From the IMG/VR virus record IMGVR_UViG_3300011113_000660, positions 1-61,689 of that record: a stretch of DNA of 61,689 nucleotides; one strand, 5' to 3'. Within the stretch, counting starts at the first letter, position 1. Each line of letters opens with the position of its first letter. Made by a program: the position numbers and the translations under genes. The DNA is from a virus. Taxonomy: Duplodnaviria > Caudoviricetes. Of the stretch, positions 18,691 through 29,118 are shown in pieces. The notes below the pieces were generated by a model, which was given only the letters and a program-made list of their open reading frames with translations, was not told where the DNA came from and made no database searches.

Positions 18691-18786
18691 TAAATACTTG
18701 TCAACGCAATTCGGCGTTTTATGCAGGCTTTACCCCCTGCGTAGTGACTAGAACTCACATTGGGCTTCTTTAAAGGAGAAAACAAA
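18691..18786 (+). promoter_or_regulatory. Late promoter TAAATA plus structured 5' leader with three hairpins
   Basis: TAAATA 18691-18696; AACGC/GCGTT 18703-18718; TATGCAGG/CCTGCGTA 18720-18743; GTGA/TCAC 18744-18758; AAGGAG SD. Confidence 0.5.
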
Positions 18787-19605
18787 ATGGGACGTCCTCT
18801 CAAAATTAAAAAAATTACGGAATCTGCTTATAATTCCACTACCGGTGCAAATCCTGGTGTAGACATTGGTTTCAATGCATTGGCATATTTGACTGCACCT
18901 GTATTGCCAAGCAATGTATGGGATTCAACCACAGAGTATCTTGGTGTGGTTGGTGGTGTGCAACCTCCAACAGTGGCCACAACAAACTATCCAATCATCA
19001 AGTGCGAAGTCAACATCGCCAACAGCTACAGCGGTCAAGTGCCCGGATTGATTATCCGTCAAAAAGGTTCACGCAAGTTCTTGGTCGCAACCACAGCTGG
19101 TATTGATCCTGCCAACGCTGTAATTGGCGGCACACCCACAGTGGCCTTGCGTATTCGTGTGGTTGGTAACACCAACTGGACAGCTATGGGCGCTCCTGAA
19201 GGTTATGGCATAGGCACAATCTTTACTCCCACAGCAGCCTCTGCAGGTGGCACCAATGGAACAGCACAAGAAGTTGGCATCTGTGTGTTACAAAATGATT
19301 TGACACCCACAGCAGGCAACATGAGCATCAGCTATTTCAGCAACGACAGTTCTGAAACAGCAGTCAGCAAAATTACCAACAAGTTCTTGCAGAATTTTGC
19401 TGGCGGTTGCGCAGGCGGCGGAGCCAATACTGGCGAAGTTTGGGATCCAGATCTAGTGGTCAACAACGTGGCATTCGCTGACAACTTCTTCAGCGACGAA
19501 GGTGTCACAGCCAAGTCTGGTGCAGACGTTGAAACCTGGGCAGGAACAAGCCAACTTGCAACCGGCAATCTGGACCTTGCTATTGTAGAAAACTATAAAA
19601 CTTAA
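18787..19605 (+). CDS. Putative virion structural protein
   Basis: Strong SD before ATG 18787 (MGRPLKIK); Thr/Gly/Asn-rich; IIRQKGSRKFLV. Confidence 0.65.
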   Translation: MGRPLKIKKITESAYNSTTGANPGVDIGFNALAYLTAPVLPSNVWDSTTEYLGVVGGVQPPTVATTNYPIIKCEVNIANSYSGQVPGLIIRQKGSRKFLVATTAGIDPANAVIGGTPTVALRIRVVGNTNWTAMGAPEGYGIGTIFTPTAASAGGTNGTAQEVGICVLQNDLTPTAGNMSISYFSNDSSETAVSKITNKFLQNFAGGCAGGGANTGEVWDPDLVVNNVAFADNFFSDEGVTAKSGADVETWAGTSQLATGNLDLAIVENYKT

Positions 19606-19621
19606 TTTTTATAGCAACATC

Positions 19622-19656
19622 AAAATCCCTGCAATAAGTATTGTGGGGATTTTTTT
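19622..19656 (+). terminator. Intrinsic terminator with a TAAGTA late-promoter-like box at its loop
   Basis: AAAATCCCTGCAAT-AAGT-ATTGTGGGGATTTT followed by further Ts. Confidence 0.7.
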
Positions 19657-20244
19657 ATGAGCATAGCTTTTGTATTGGGCAACGGCGTCAGCCGCAAGGA
19701 TATCAGTTTAACAACACTGAGCCAGTGCGGACGTATCTATGGTTGCAACGCCCTGCACAGAGAACATGTTCCAGATGTGCTGGTCTCGACCGACAGACCC
19801 ATAGCCGAACACATACAACACAGCGGTTACAGCGCAAACCACAGATTCTATACTCGGCGCCCGCTGCCGGATCTGGGAGCCCAACCGATACCCAAACCCT
19901 ATTTTGGATTCAGCTCTGGGCCCGTGGCTGCGGGATTGGCGGCTGTGGACGGGCATCGACGCATATATCTCCTGGGCTTTGATCTGGGACCCAGCCCGGA
20001 AAAAACCATCAATAATCTGTATGCCGGCACGGAATTTTACAAACCTCGGGGGTCGACCCCAACTTTTACCGGTAACTGGATCCGGCAACTGGTGCAGATC
20101 ATGCAGGAACACAGGCAGGTGCGGTTCATGCGTGTGTATGGTGCTACCACAGCACATGTTCCGCAATTTGACGACGTGCCCAACTTGTCCAGGCTAGATT
20201 TGGCTGTGTTCTTGGACCGCATAAATAACAAAAAGGATCTGTGA
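19657..20244 (+). CDS. GT42/Maf-like (sialyltransferase-fold) protein
   Basis: AFVLGNGVSR, IYGCN and SSG..A...A..G...IYLLGFD parallel CstII motifs (IAGNGPS, FRCN, TSG, IYLSGID). Confidence 0.55.
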   Translation: MSIAFVLGNGVSRKDISLTTLSQCGRIYGCNALHREHVPDVLVSTDRPIAEHIQHSGYSANHRFYTRRPLPDLGAQPIPKPYFGFSSGPVAAGLAAVDGHRRIYLLGFDLGPSPEKTINNLYAGTEFYKPRGSTPTFTGNWIRQLVQIMQEHRQVRFMRVYGATTAHVPQFDDVPNLSRLDLAVFLDRINNKKDL

Positions 20245-20853
20245 ATGACAACCAGCTACAAAGACGTCAGCGGCGATTACACTCTTACCTGTGAAGGCGG
20301 AGTGGGTATCTTCACCATCAACGCGGCCAACACCATATTCAACGGTAACCTGACCTACACCGGTAACTTGACTACGGTGGATGATTTCATTGTGGTGGGT
20401 GCCAACAACACCGGCGCTGTGGCCAATCTGGGCTTGTTGACCGGATTAAATGTGACCACAAACTCCTACGCTGGACTCAGATTCAACGCTGATGTGAATG
20501 CCTGGCAGATTTCAGCCAACGTGTATGGCAACGGCGCTCCCAACACAGCCTATGCCAACATAGCCACGGGCAATGCCACCGTGGGTGGAGCCAACACCCA
20601 GATACAGTTCAACGACTCCAGCTCGTTTGGAGCTTCAGCCAATCTGACCTTTGACAAAAACACCAATCGCTTGACCTTGACTGGACACCAGGCCTTGGCC
20701 AATGTGGCAACTCCGGCTAATGTCAGCAACAGCGTGGTCATCTACAGCAATGTGGTCGGTGCCGGAGGCACAGGCCTGTATTTTACCAGCGCAGCTGCCA
20801 ACGACGAACTGGTCAGCAAAAGCAAGGCCATAGTATTTTCAATCATATTTTAA
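20245..20853 (+). CDS. Fibre/appendage-associated structural protein
   Basis: Asn/Thr/Gly-rich; GANTQIQFND motif shared with the long fibre; TAAATA at 20222-20227. Confidence 0.65.
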   Translation: MTTSYKDVSGDYTLTCEGGVGIFTINAANTIFNGNLTYTGNLTTVDDFIVVGANNTGAVANLGLLTGLNVTTNSYAGLRFNADVNAWQISANVYGNGAPNTAYANIATGNATVGGANTQIQFNDSSSFGASANLTFDKNTNRLTLTGHQALANVATPANVSNSVVIYSNVVGAGGTGLYFTSAAANDELVSKSKAIVFSIIF

Positions 20854-20862
20854 GGACTAACA

Positions 20863-21174
20863 ATGACCATCCAAGTAGCCAATGTGACCACAGCCGGCAA
20901 CACAGTTTACACCAGCTCGGGCAACACAGCCATAACATTCCTCAGTATCTGCAACTTCAACAGTGGCACCTGCACAGCCAACGTATATGCTGTGCCATCG
21001 GGCGGCACTGCCGGCAACACCAACATAGTTTTGGCCAATCTAGAACTCACAGGTTTTGAAACATATCAGTTGTATGCTGGCGGTGAAAAACTGCTTTTGA
21101 ACAACGGCGATTTTGTCAGCGTGATAGCCAATGCCAACACAGTGACCACGGTCACCAGTTTTACCACGATCTAA
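20863..21174 (+). CDS. Small beta-rich structural protein
   Basis: 103 aa with AAGGA SD, inside the fibre cluster. Confidence 0.65.
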   Translation: MTIQVANVTTAGNTVYTSSGNTAITFLSICNFNSGTCTANVYAVPSGGTAGNTNIVLANLELTGFETYQLYAGGEKLLLNNGDFVSVIANANTVTTVTSFTTI

Positions 21175-21572
21175 TGGGATATTATGTAAAAAATCGCCGC
21201 CTGCAAAGCGGCAGCACCGGAGTGCGACTGCCAGTGGGCTCGGCCCTTGATCGCCCAGAATATCCTACCTTTGGCATGATACGCTACAACACTGACTCGG
21301 CGTCGGTGGAATTCTACGATGGCAGCGTATGGGCTGCACTCAGCGCTGCTGGAGCCATCAGCTACACCGTGGACAGTTTCAATGCCGACGGCAGCACCAC
21401 GGTGTTTGTCATGAGTATAGCCGAGGCTTCAGCCACACAGATCATAGTGTTTATAGGATCAATCTATCAAGATCCCGCTACGTCTTATACCGTGGATGGT
21501 GGCCTAAACATAACCTTTACTTCAGCGCCGCCCAACGGCACGGTCATAAACGTAATACACAGCGAAACCTAA
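21174..21572 (+). CDS. Fibre-associated structural protein
   Basis: P.G....RP....GMIRYNT...EFYDG..W and FTSAP motifs shared with neighbouring fibre proteins. Confidence 0.7.
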   Translation: MGYYVKNRRLQSGSTGVRLPVGSALDRPEYPTFGMIRYNTDSASVEFYDGSVWAALSAAGAISYTVDSFNADGSTTVFVMSIAEASATQIIVFIGSIYQDPATSYTVDGGLNITFTSAPPNGTVINVIHSET

Positions 21573-21603
21573 TCAGCTAAATACCCCACGACAGGGATAA
21601 TCT

Positions 21604-22605
21604 ATGGCAGTTAATTACGTACAAGGGCAGATTTTAGCAAACGTTCTCCAGCGGGATAACATAGATCTGTCCATAGCCAACGCCAACGTAGGTATTGGCA
21701 CACTGGCACCCTTAGCTCGACTGGATGTAACAGGCAATGTGCTGGTGGGCAATGTGCTGATCGCAAACGTGGGCACAGTAAGCGCAACAGGCAACATCAT
21801 TGGTGGTAACATTACTACGGTTGGCGTGATCACTGCCACAGGAAACGTCTTGGGTGGCAATGTCAGCACAGCAGGATTGATCACAGCTACCGGTAATGTC
21901 ACAGGTGGCAACATAACAACTGCCGGGGTGGTCACAGCCACTGGCAATGTGATTGGTGGTAACATACTCACAGTGGGACTGATCAGTGCAACTTCTAGCA
22001 TAACTTCAGCTGCCAATGTGTTGGTTGGCAACATAGTGATTCCAGCCACGGGCAACATAGATGCTGGCAATGTAAACATAGCAAACTTGGCAGGACCAGT
22101 GGCCAACACAGATGCTGCCACTAAATTTTACGTAGATAATTCGATTGGTAATATTGGAAACGCAGGAAATCTTACCTTTTCAAACACCACCATCAGCACC
22201 AGCCTGGCCACTGGCAATATCACGCTGGCAGCCACGGGCAGTGCGTTTGTACAGATTGCTGGCACTTATGGGTTGGTGTTGCCATCGGGCAATACAGCAC
22301 AGCGTCTGGCCACAGGCAATGTCACAGGCACTGTGCGTTTCAACACAGATGTGGCCAGGATTGAAGTCTACGATGGCACTGAATGGGATCAGGTAGCAGT
22401 GACCAATCAGACTGAAAATGGTGATGGCTCCACAGACACGTTTGCATTAAATCGCACCACGACCACGGCAGCAGCCCTGATCATGCTCAATGGTGTGGTA
22501 CAGTTGCCCACCACGGCCTATGCAGTGGTGCCCAGCCCCGGCAACAGCTTGGTGTTCACAGAAGCTCCGGCTGCAGGTGACGTCATAGACATTAGATTCC
22601 TGTAA
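21604..22605 (+). CDS. Fibre protein with TGNVxGGN repeats
   Basis: ~17-aa repeats, DAATKFYVD, RFNT..EVYDG..W and FTEAP; TAAATA at 21578-21583. Confidence 0.75.
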   Translation: MAVNYVQGQILANVLQRDNIDLSIANANVGIGTLAPLARLDVTGNVLVGNVLIANVGTVSATGNIIGGNITTVGVITATGNVLGGNVSTAGLITATGNVTGGNITTAGVVTATGNVIGGNILTVGLISATSSITSAANVLVGNIVIPATGNIDAGNVNIANLAGPVANTDAATKFYVDNSIGNIGNAGNLTFSNTTISTSLATGNITLAATGSAFVQIAGTYGLVLPSGNTAQRLATGNVTGTVRFNTDVARIEVYDGTEWDQVAVTNQTENGDGSTDTFALNRTTTTAAALIMLNGVVQLPTTAYAVVPSPGNSLVFTEAPAAGDVIDIRFL

Positions 22606-22849
22606 AAAAGCCGGGCAAATGTCTGGATTTTTGTCCCAGAAATAAATACAGTATCCTTCCAATAGACCACTGCTGTCTGTCCAGCAACACCGTCGCTCCT
22701 GAGCGAATATCTTCCAAAACACGTGTTGCAATACCCAAAATCTCCTGGCCCTGGTAAATACATCATAGCCTGTGAATTGTCACGGCCAAGCAAATTAATT
22801 TGTTGCTCAGAGCAACAAATATGGTACAAAACGGCAACCGGAGATAAAA

Positions 22850-25800
22850 ATGCCAGTTACAAGAATTAAGAATAATCAGGTCACTGATAGCTCAGCAGGT
22901 AACACACAAGTTGGTATCAACGCAGGTACCAAATTACAAGATTATTCCATCACAGCCGGCAAAATAGCCAACAGCTTGGTGTATGGATCAGACCTTACAG
23001 TCACTGGTAACCTCACAGTGCAGGGCAACAGCACTGCTATTGACACCACCATAACCACCATTGAAGATCCGATCATAGTTTTAGCTTCTACTCAGACTTC
23101 GGGTGCTCCGGCTGTGGACATTGGTTACTTGGGTTTCCGCGGCAATCAAAGCAACATAGCATTTGTCTGGGACGAAAGCGCCGGACAGTTTGTAACAGCG
23201 TTTACCAGCACCGGAGAAAGCAACACCACGATTACCATAACCAGCTATGCCAATTTGCAAATTGGCAATCTCAGCTTGACTGGCAACATACTCAACAGCT
23301 CGCTCAATGTCACTGGCAATATTACCGGTGGAAATCTACTGACCCCGGGCTTGATCAGTGCCACTTCGACCATAACATCAGCGGCCAACATCACAGGTGG
23401 CAATGTCCTAACTGCTGGCATAATGAGCAGTACCGGCAATGGCATACATGGCAACATACTAACAGGCGGAGTAGTCACAGCCACTGGCAACATCACTGGT
23501 GGCAACGTCACTACAGCAGGCAATGTCACCGGTGGCAACTTGCTCACAGGCGGATTGATCAGCGCCGCAGGTAATATCATAGCCAATCCTAGCAGTTTCT
23601 TCATTGGTAACGGTAGCCAGCTCACAGGCGTGATAGCCACAAGTGCTGGATTCCCAGTCAGCAACGGCACCAGCAACATCAATGCCGCGGTCAATGCCAA
23701 CATCACAGTGGGTGTAAGTGGCACCAGCAACGTGGCAGTGTTTGCTTCTACAGGTGTGTTTGTCACTGGAGTAAACAGTGTCAGCGGCAACATCACAGGT
23801 GGCAATGTCCTGACCGGTGGTCTTGTTTCAGCCACAGGAACAATCACATCAGCTGCCAACGTCACTGGTGGCAACTTACTCACTGCTGGTTTGATCACAG
23901 CCACAGGCACAATAACCAGTGCTGCCAACATTATTGGTGCTAACGTCACCACAGCTGGACTAGTGACAGCCACAGGCAACGTCACTGGCGGCAACATCAA
24001 CACTGCAGGTCTAATCACAGCCACAGGCAACGTCACAGGTGGTAACATATTGACTGGTGGCCTTATTTCAGCCACAGGAACAATCACATCAGCAGCCAAC
24101 ATCACGGGCGGCAACATCAACACTGCAGGCCAAGTCACAGCCACAGGCAACATCACTGGCGGTAATATTTTAACCAGCGGATTGATTTCAGCCGCAGGGC
24201 TGGCCACCAGCGGCAACGTGGCCACAGCAGGCACTGTCAGTGCCACCGGAAACATCAACACAGCAGGCAATCTAAATCTTGGTGGCAACATTGTTGACTC
24301 AAATGCTTTGACCATCAGCACAGCCACCGGAGATCTAAATCTCAGTCCAGCTGGCAACGTCAACGTGGGTACCAGATATATCAATAATGTGATCAATCCG
24401 GTACAAAATCAAGACGCGGCCACCAAGATCTACGTGGATAATGCAGTGTCTACTGCAATTTCATACCATCAACCGGTGTTAGCAGCTTCCACAGCCAACA
24501 TGGCCACTACCACAGGTGGCACAATCACCTATACCCAACCCAACGGTGCGGCCAACGGCGTTGGTGCGTTGTTGACCACCACAGGTTCGTTCAATCTCAT
24601 CGACACAGCCAACGTTCAAACCCTGGGCACAAGAATCTTGATCAAGAACGAGGCCAATGCGGTATTCAACGGCGTTTACACCTGGGCCAATGCCACAAAC
24701 ATTGTGCGAGCCACAGATGCTGACACCTACGGTGCTGGTAATACCAGCGCCCTGGGACTCAATGACTATTTCTTTGTGAGTTCGGGCAATGTCAACTTGG
24801 GCAGTGCTTACATTGTCAGTGCACCAGTAGGCACAATCACATTTGGCACCAGCAATATACAATTTGCTCAGTTCAGCCAGAGCCAGGTCTACACAGCCAA
24901 CACAAGTGCTGGTATCAGTTTAACGGGCACAGTATTTTCAGCCAAGGTCGATAACAACACCACAGCCTTTGATGGCGGTGGCAATATCTCAGTCAAAGCC
25001 GGTGCTAATTTAACAACACCCAACATTGGTGCTGCCACTGGCACAAGTTTGAGTGCCACTGGCAACATCCAAGGTGCAAATCTGATCACAGGTGGTTTTG
25101 TCACTGCTACAGGTAACTTGGTGGGTGGCAACGTCAACACAGCTGGCGTGGTAACTGCCACCGGCAACGTCACTGGTGGTAACATCTTGACTGCTGGCAT
25201 TATGAGTTCAACCGGCAATGGCATACATGGCAACATCCTAACTGGCGGAGTAGTCACAGCCACTGGCAACATCACTGGTGGAAACATCTTGACCGCTGGA
25301 CTGGTAAGTGCCACTGGAATCATCACTTCAGCTTCCAACATCTCTGGTGCAAACGTCACCACAGCAGGCCTGATTACTGCCACGGGCAACATTACCGGTG
25401 GCAACTTGCTCACAGGCGGATTGATCAGCTCAACTGGTGCTGTAACCAGCGGTGGATTTACCACCACAGGCAATGTCACCGGCGGCAACATCCTGTATGG
25501 ATCGGGCATAGTGTCTGGCACAGGCAACGTTTATGCCGCAAACTTCTTTGGTAACATTGCAGGTAACATTGATGCCGCGGGCGCAAACACCCAGGTCCAG
25601 TTCAACGATACCGGAGATATCCTGGGAGCCAGCGCAGGATTCACGTTCAACAAGGTTGGCAATGTATTGACAGCCAACGGCAACATCAACGGAGCCAACC
25701 TGTTCACAGGTGGTTCAGTGAGTGCTACTGCCAACATCACTGGTGGAAACATCTTGACAGCAGGTCTTATTAGTGCCACTAGCACTATCACTTCTGCTGC

Positions 25801-27514
25801 CAATGTCACTGGTGGCAATGTCAATACCGCAGGCTTGATCACTGCCACTGGCAATGTCACTGGTGGCAATGTCAATACCGCAGGCTTGATCACTGCCACT
25901 GGCAACATCACAGGTGCCAATTTGATCTTGACTTCGGGCTTCATTGACGGTCCAGCCGCAGGCAGGATCACTATCAACGGTTCAGACATTGACACTGACT
26001 TTGCAGTGGATGGCGATACCTTGGCCAATGTGTTCTACGTGGATGCCGGCACAGGCACAGCCAGCTTTGGTGCCAGCACACAGGTCACCAATGCCATTGT
26101 AAACTTTGCTACTACTACCTCAATCAAGACGCCAGTGGGCAACACAGCACAACGTCCTGGTACTGGGGTCACAGGCATGTTGCGTTTCAACACCACCAGC
26201 AATGCCTTGGAAGTCTATGACAACAGTGCCTGGACCTCAGTGGGTGTTCCAGTGTTTACAGTCATAGCCGACGAACAGTTTGCCGGCGATGGATTGACGG
26301 TGGCATTTACGCTAGGCAGCACACAGACCACAAATAGCTGTATCGTGTCTATCAACGGTGTGGTACAGATTCCAACCTTGGCCTACTCGGTGGCAGGTAC
26401 CAATCCAACCTGTGTGCTCACATTCACAGAAGCTCCGGCTGCTGGTGACGTGATTGATGTGCGCCAGATCACCACCACCACTTCAGTTACCAGTATTGCC
26501 AACAGCAGTGGCAACGCAGTTATCGCAGTCAGTGCTACTTCTGCACAAACCAATGTCACCGGCGACCTCAGTGTCAGCGGAACAATTCTTGGTGGAAATA
26601 TCAACAGCACTGCTATCACCAGTGGCACGTCAAACATGTCAATTGTCAGCAGTGGTGGCAACATACGTGGCAACGTAGCTGGCACAACAGTGATGACTAT
26701 CAGCCCTGGCTTGGTAGACATTGTGGGCAACTTAACAGTGTCTGGCAACGCCACACTCAGTGGTAACATCTTGGGTGATCGTATCCAAAACGGCAACACA
26801 CAGATAGACATTCAAACAGCCAACGGCAATGCCAACGTCACAGTAGGTGGGACGTCTAACGTGGCTGTGTTTGCTACCACTGGTGTGTTTGTCACAGGTG
26901 TTATCAGTGCCTCTGGCTCAATCACTACAGGCGGAGATATCAGTATAACTGGCAACATCGTGGATGCTGCCGCATTGACCATCAGCACCGGCAGCAACGG
27001 CAATATCACATTGTCGCCCAATGGTACAGGTGTTATCATAGCCAGTAAAGACATACTCAACGGTCAAGCCAATGGTGTAGGTAACATTGGTAATGCTACC
27101 GGTTACTTCAACACTGTATTTGCCAAAGCAACTTCAGCACAATACGCTGACTTGGCAGAGAAATACACTGCAGATGCAGAATATGCACCTGGCACCGTTG
27201 TGATGTTTGGCGGTTCAGCAGAAGTTACAATTTGCTCGAACGATGCATGTGCAAGAGTAGCAGGTGTGGTTTCAACCAATCCCAGCTACAGGATGAACGA
27301 TGGTTTAGTTAGTGCTCACACTGCCATGGTAGCACTTACAGGTCGTGTGCCCACCAAGGTCACAGGCACAGTGCGCAAGGGCGATATGATGGTTTCAGCA
27401 GGTAACGGAACCGCAAGAGCTGAAGCTAACCCAGCGGTAGGAACAGTGATTGGTAAAGCTCTAGCTGACAGCGAAGGCGATGCAGTCATAGAAGTAGTGG
27501 TTGGCCGCGTTTAA
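22850..27514 (+). CDS. Long fibre protein (1554 aa) with many 17-aa repeats and a C-terminal chaperone/autocleavage-like domain
   Basis: Dozens of (A)TGN(I/V)TGGN(I/L)xT(A/G)Gxxx repeats, DAATKIYVD, ATSAQYADLAE...VALTGRVP...KGD...IGKAL. Confidence 0.85.
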   Translation: MPVTRIKNNQVTDSSAGNTQVGINAGTKLQDYSITAGKIANSLVYGSDLTVTGNLTVQGNSTAIDTTITTIEDPIIVLASTQTSGAPAVDIGYLGFRGNQSNIAFVWDESAGQFVTAFTSTGESNTTITITSYANLQIGNLSLTGNILNSSLNVTGNITGGNLLTPGLISATSTITSAANITGGNVLTAGIMSSTGNGIHGNILTGGVVTATGNITGGNVTTAGNVTGGNLLTGGLISAAGNIIANPSSFFIGNGSQLTGVIATSAGFPVSNGTSNINAAVNANITVGVSGTSNVAVFASTGVFVTGVNSVSGNITGGNVLTGGLVSATGTITSAANVTGGNLLTAGLITATGTITSAANIIGANVTTAGLVTATGNVTGGNINTAGLITATGNVTGGNILTGGLISATGTITSAANITGGNINTAGQVTATGNITGGNILTSGLISAAGLATSGNVATAGTVSATGNINTAGNLNLGGNIVDSNALTISTATGDLNLSPAGNVNVGTRYINNVINPVQNQDAATKIYVDNAVSTAISYHQPVLAASTANMATTTGGTITYTQPNGAANGVGALLTTTGSFNLIDTANVQTLGTRILIKNEANAVFNGVYTWANATNIVRATDADTYGAGNTSALGLNDYFFVSSGNVNLGSAYIVSAPVGTITFGTSNIQFAQFSQSQVYTANTSAGISLTGTVFSAKVDNNTTAFDGGGNISVKAGANLTTPNIGAATGTSLSATGNIQGANLITGGFVTATGNLVGGNVNTAGVVTATGNVTGGNILTAGIMSSTGNGIHGNILTGGVVTATGNITGGNILTAGLVSATGIITSASNISGANVTTAGLITATGNITGGNLLTGGLISSTGAVTSGGFTTTGNVTGGNILYGSGIVSGTGNVYAANFFGNIAGNIDAAGANTQVQFNDTGDILGASAGFTFNKVGNVLTANGNINGANLFTGGSVSATANITGGNILTAGLISATSTITSAANVTGGNVNTAGLITATGNVTGGNVNTAGLITATGNITGANLILTSGFIDGPAAGRITINGSDIDTDFAVDGDTLANVFYVDAGTGTASFGASTQVTNAIVNFATTTSIKTPVGNTAQRPGTGVTGMLRFNTTSNALEVYDNSAWTSVGVPVFTVIADEQFAGDGLTVAFTLGSTQTTNSCIVSINGVVQIPTLAYSVAGTNPTCVLTFTEAPAAGDVIDVRQITTTTSVTSIANSSGNAVIAVSATSAQTNVTGDLSVSGTILGGNINSTAITSGTSNMSIVSSGGNIRGNVAGTTVMTISPGLVDIVGNLTVSGNATLSGNILGDRIQNGNTQIDIQTANGNANVTVGGTSNVAVFATTGVFVTGVISASGSITTGGDISITGNIVDAAALTISTGSNGNITLSPNGTGVIIASKDILNGQANGVGNIGNATGYFNTVFAKATSAQYADLAEKYTADAEYAPGTVVMFGGSAEVTICSNDACARVAGVVSTNPSYRMNDGLVSAHTAMVALTGRVPTKVTGTVRKGDMMVSAGNGTARAEANPAVGTVIGKALADSEGDAVIEVVVGRV
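25801..25902 (+). repeat. Perfect 51-bp tandem duplication inside the long fibre gene
   Basis: CAATGTCACTGGTGGCAATGTCAATACCGCAGGCTTGATCACTGCCACTGG x2. Confidence 0.9.
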
Positions 27515-27530
27515 CAGCTCAAAGTTGTGA

Positions 27531-27560
27531 AAAATAGGACTGGTCACAGTCCTATTTTTT
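27531..27560 (+). terminator. Intrinsic terminator, followed by TAAATA at 27565-27570
   Basis: AAAATAGGACTG-GTCA-CAGTCCTATTTT followed by a T run. Confidence 0.85.
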
Positions 27561-27591
27561 TGGCTAAATATGTGATAAATCAGGACAGACC

Positions 27592-29073
27592 ATGGGCTTA
27601 ACCAAACCGCGTGCCGCGCAGATATTCAACTTAGATTACAAACAAAGTACGCGAGTTGTAACCACCACCAACATCACCTTGACTGGCGGAGCACCTAACC
27701 TGGTTGATGGAGTTACCCTGAGCCTGGGCGATCGTGTGCTGGTCACCGGACAAACCACAGGCAACCAAAATGGACTTTATTTGGTGACCACCCTAGGGTC
27801 GGGCGCCAATGGCACCTGGGCCAGAACCAGTGACGGCAACGAAAACGGTGAAATTGAAGCCGGCATGATCGTCATGGTCACCGAAGGCACCGTCTATGCC
27901 GACACACAGTGGAAACTGATCACTGATGATCCTATTACGATCAATACCACGGCCCTGACCTTTACACAAAACTACATGGCCAACTCCATATCGGGTGGCA
28001 CATCAAATGTGGTGGTCAACTCAAATGCCAATGTCACCATAAGCAGTGCCGGCACAGCCAATGTGCTCACAGTCAGCAACACCGGTGCTTTTGTCAGTGG
28101 CGTGACCAGCGCCAGTGGTAATATCACAGGTGGTAATTTAATAACTGCTGGACTGATCACAGCTACAGGCAATGTCACGGGTGGAAACATCTTGACCGCT
28201 GGACTGGTAAGTGCCACATCAACAATAACATCAGCAGCTAACATTACTGGCGGTAATGTGCTAACTGGCGGACTGGTCAGTGCCACTGGCAATGTCACAG
28301 GAAATTATATATTAGGCAATGGTGCATTGCTCACTGGTGTGATTACCTCCTCGTCTAACATCAACAATGGTACTAGTAATGTCACAGTGGTGTCATCGGG
28401 TGGTAATGTCACAGTGGGCATTGGTGGAACCAGCAACGTGGCCACATTTACCACAGCAGGTCTTGTTGCTAACTCCGTTGCCGCTACCAACAACGGTGGT
28501 GGCACCAACTTCAAAGTAGGTGATGACACCTGGCTTGGCGATATTAACGTGGCAGATACTCTAAGTATTCGAGGCCAGCAAAATGCCGCCAATGCATACA
28601 TAGTATTTGGCAATGCCGATGGCATACAGTTGGGTCGTGCAGGATCAGGGCCATTAACATACGGCGGAGCATTTAGTGCCACAGGCAATGTCACCGGCGG
28701 TAACATACTCACAGTGGGCCAAGTAAGCGCTACTGGTAACGTGACCGGCAACTTCTTTGTAGGAAACGGTGCGTTTTTAACTGGCCTAAGTGCCGGTTCC
28801 AGCAACGGTATCAGCAACGGTGCAACCAGCATTTCAATTCCCGTGGCGTCGGGCAACATAGCCATGAGCGTGGCTGGACAGTCCAACACGGTTGTTATCA
28901 ATCTGGGCAGTTTCACCATGTACGGCACATTTGCTGGACCCAAATCTTTAGAAGCCAACGTGACTGTGGCTCCTGCTGTCAATGCTTTGTTGATTGGCCC
29001 AGTGGTTCTGGGCAACGCCTACAATATCACAGTGCCCGATAGCAGCACACTGTATGTGTATGCAGAAGCTTGA
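27592..29073 (+). CDS. Fibre protein with the same 17-aa repeats
   Basis: DGV.L..GDRVLV..Q....QNGLY....W.R..D domain followed by TGNxTGGN repeats. Confidence 0.8.
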   Translation: MGLTKPRAAQIFNLDYKQSTRVVTTTNITLTGGAPNLVDGVTLSLGDRVLVTGQTTGNQNGLYLVTTLGSGANGTWARTSDGNENGEIEAGMIVMVTEGTVYADTQWKLITDDPITINTTALTFTQNYMANSISGGTSNVVVNSNANVTISSAGTANVLTVSNTGAFVSGVTSASGNITGGNLITAGLITATGNVTGGNILTAGLVSATSTITSAANITGGNVLTGGLVSATGNVTGNYILGNGALLTGVITSSSNINNGTSNVTVVSSGGNVTVGIGGTSNVATFTTAGLVANSVAATNNGGGTNFKVGDDTWLGDINVADTLSIRGQQNAANAYIVFGNADGIQLGRAGSGPLTYGGAFSATGNVTGGNILTVGQVSATGNVTGNFFVGNGAFLTGLSAGSSNGISNGATSISIPVASGNIAMSVAGQSNTVVINLGSFTMYGTFAGPKSLEANVTVAPAVNALLIGPVVLGNAYNITVPDSSTLYVYAEA

Positions 29074-29118
29074 TTAAACTGAATTTGACAACTAAATATA
29101 GGATAAAAGGAACGCAAC

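Noticed and set aside
18642-18803. Upstream extension of the TPR-GT ORF given in the track
   Set aside because: It overlaps the divergent gene and its leader; ATG 18641 has a TAAATA box 5 nt upstream.
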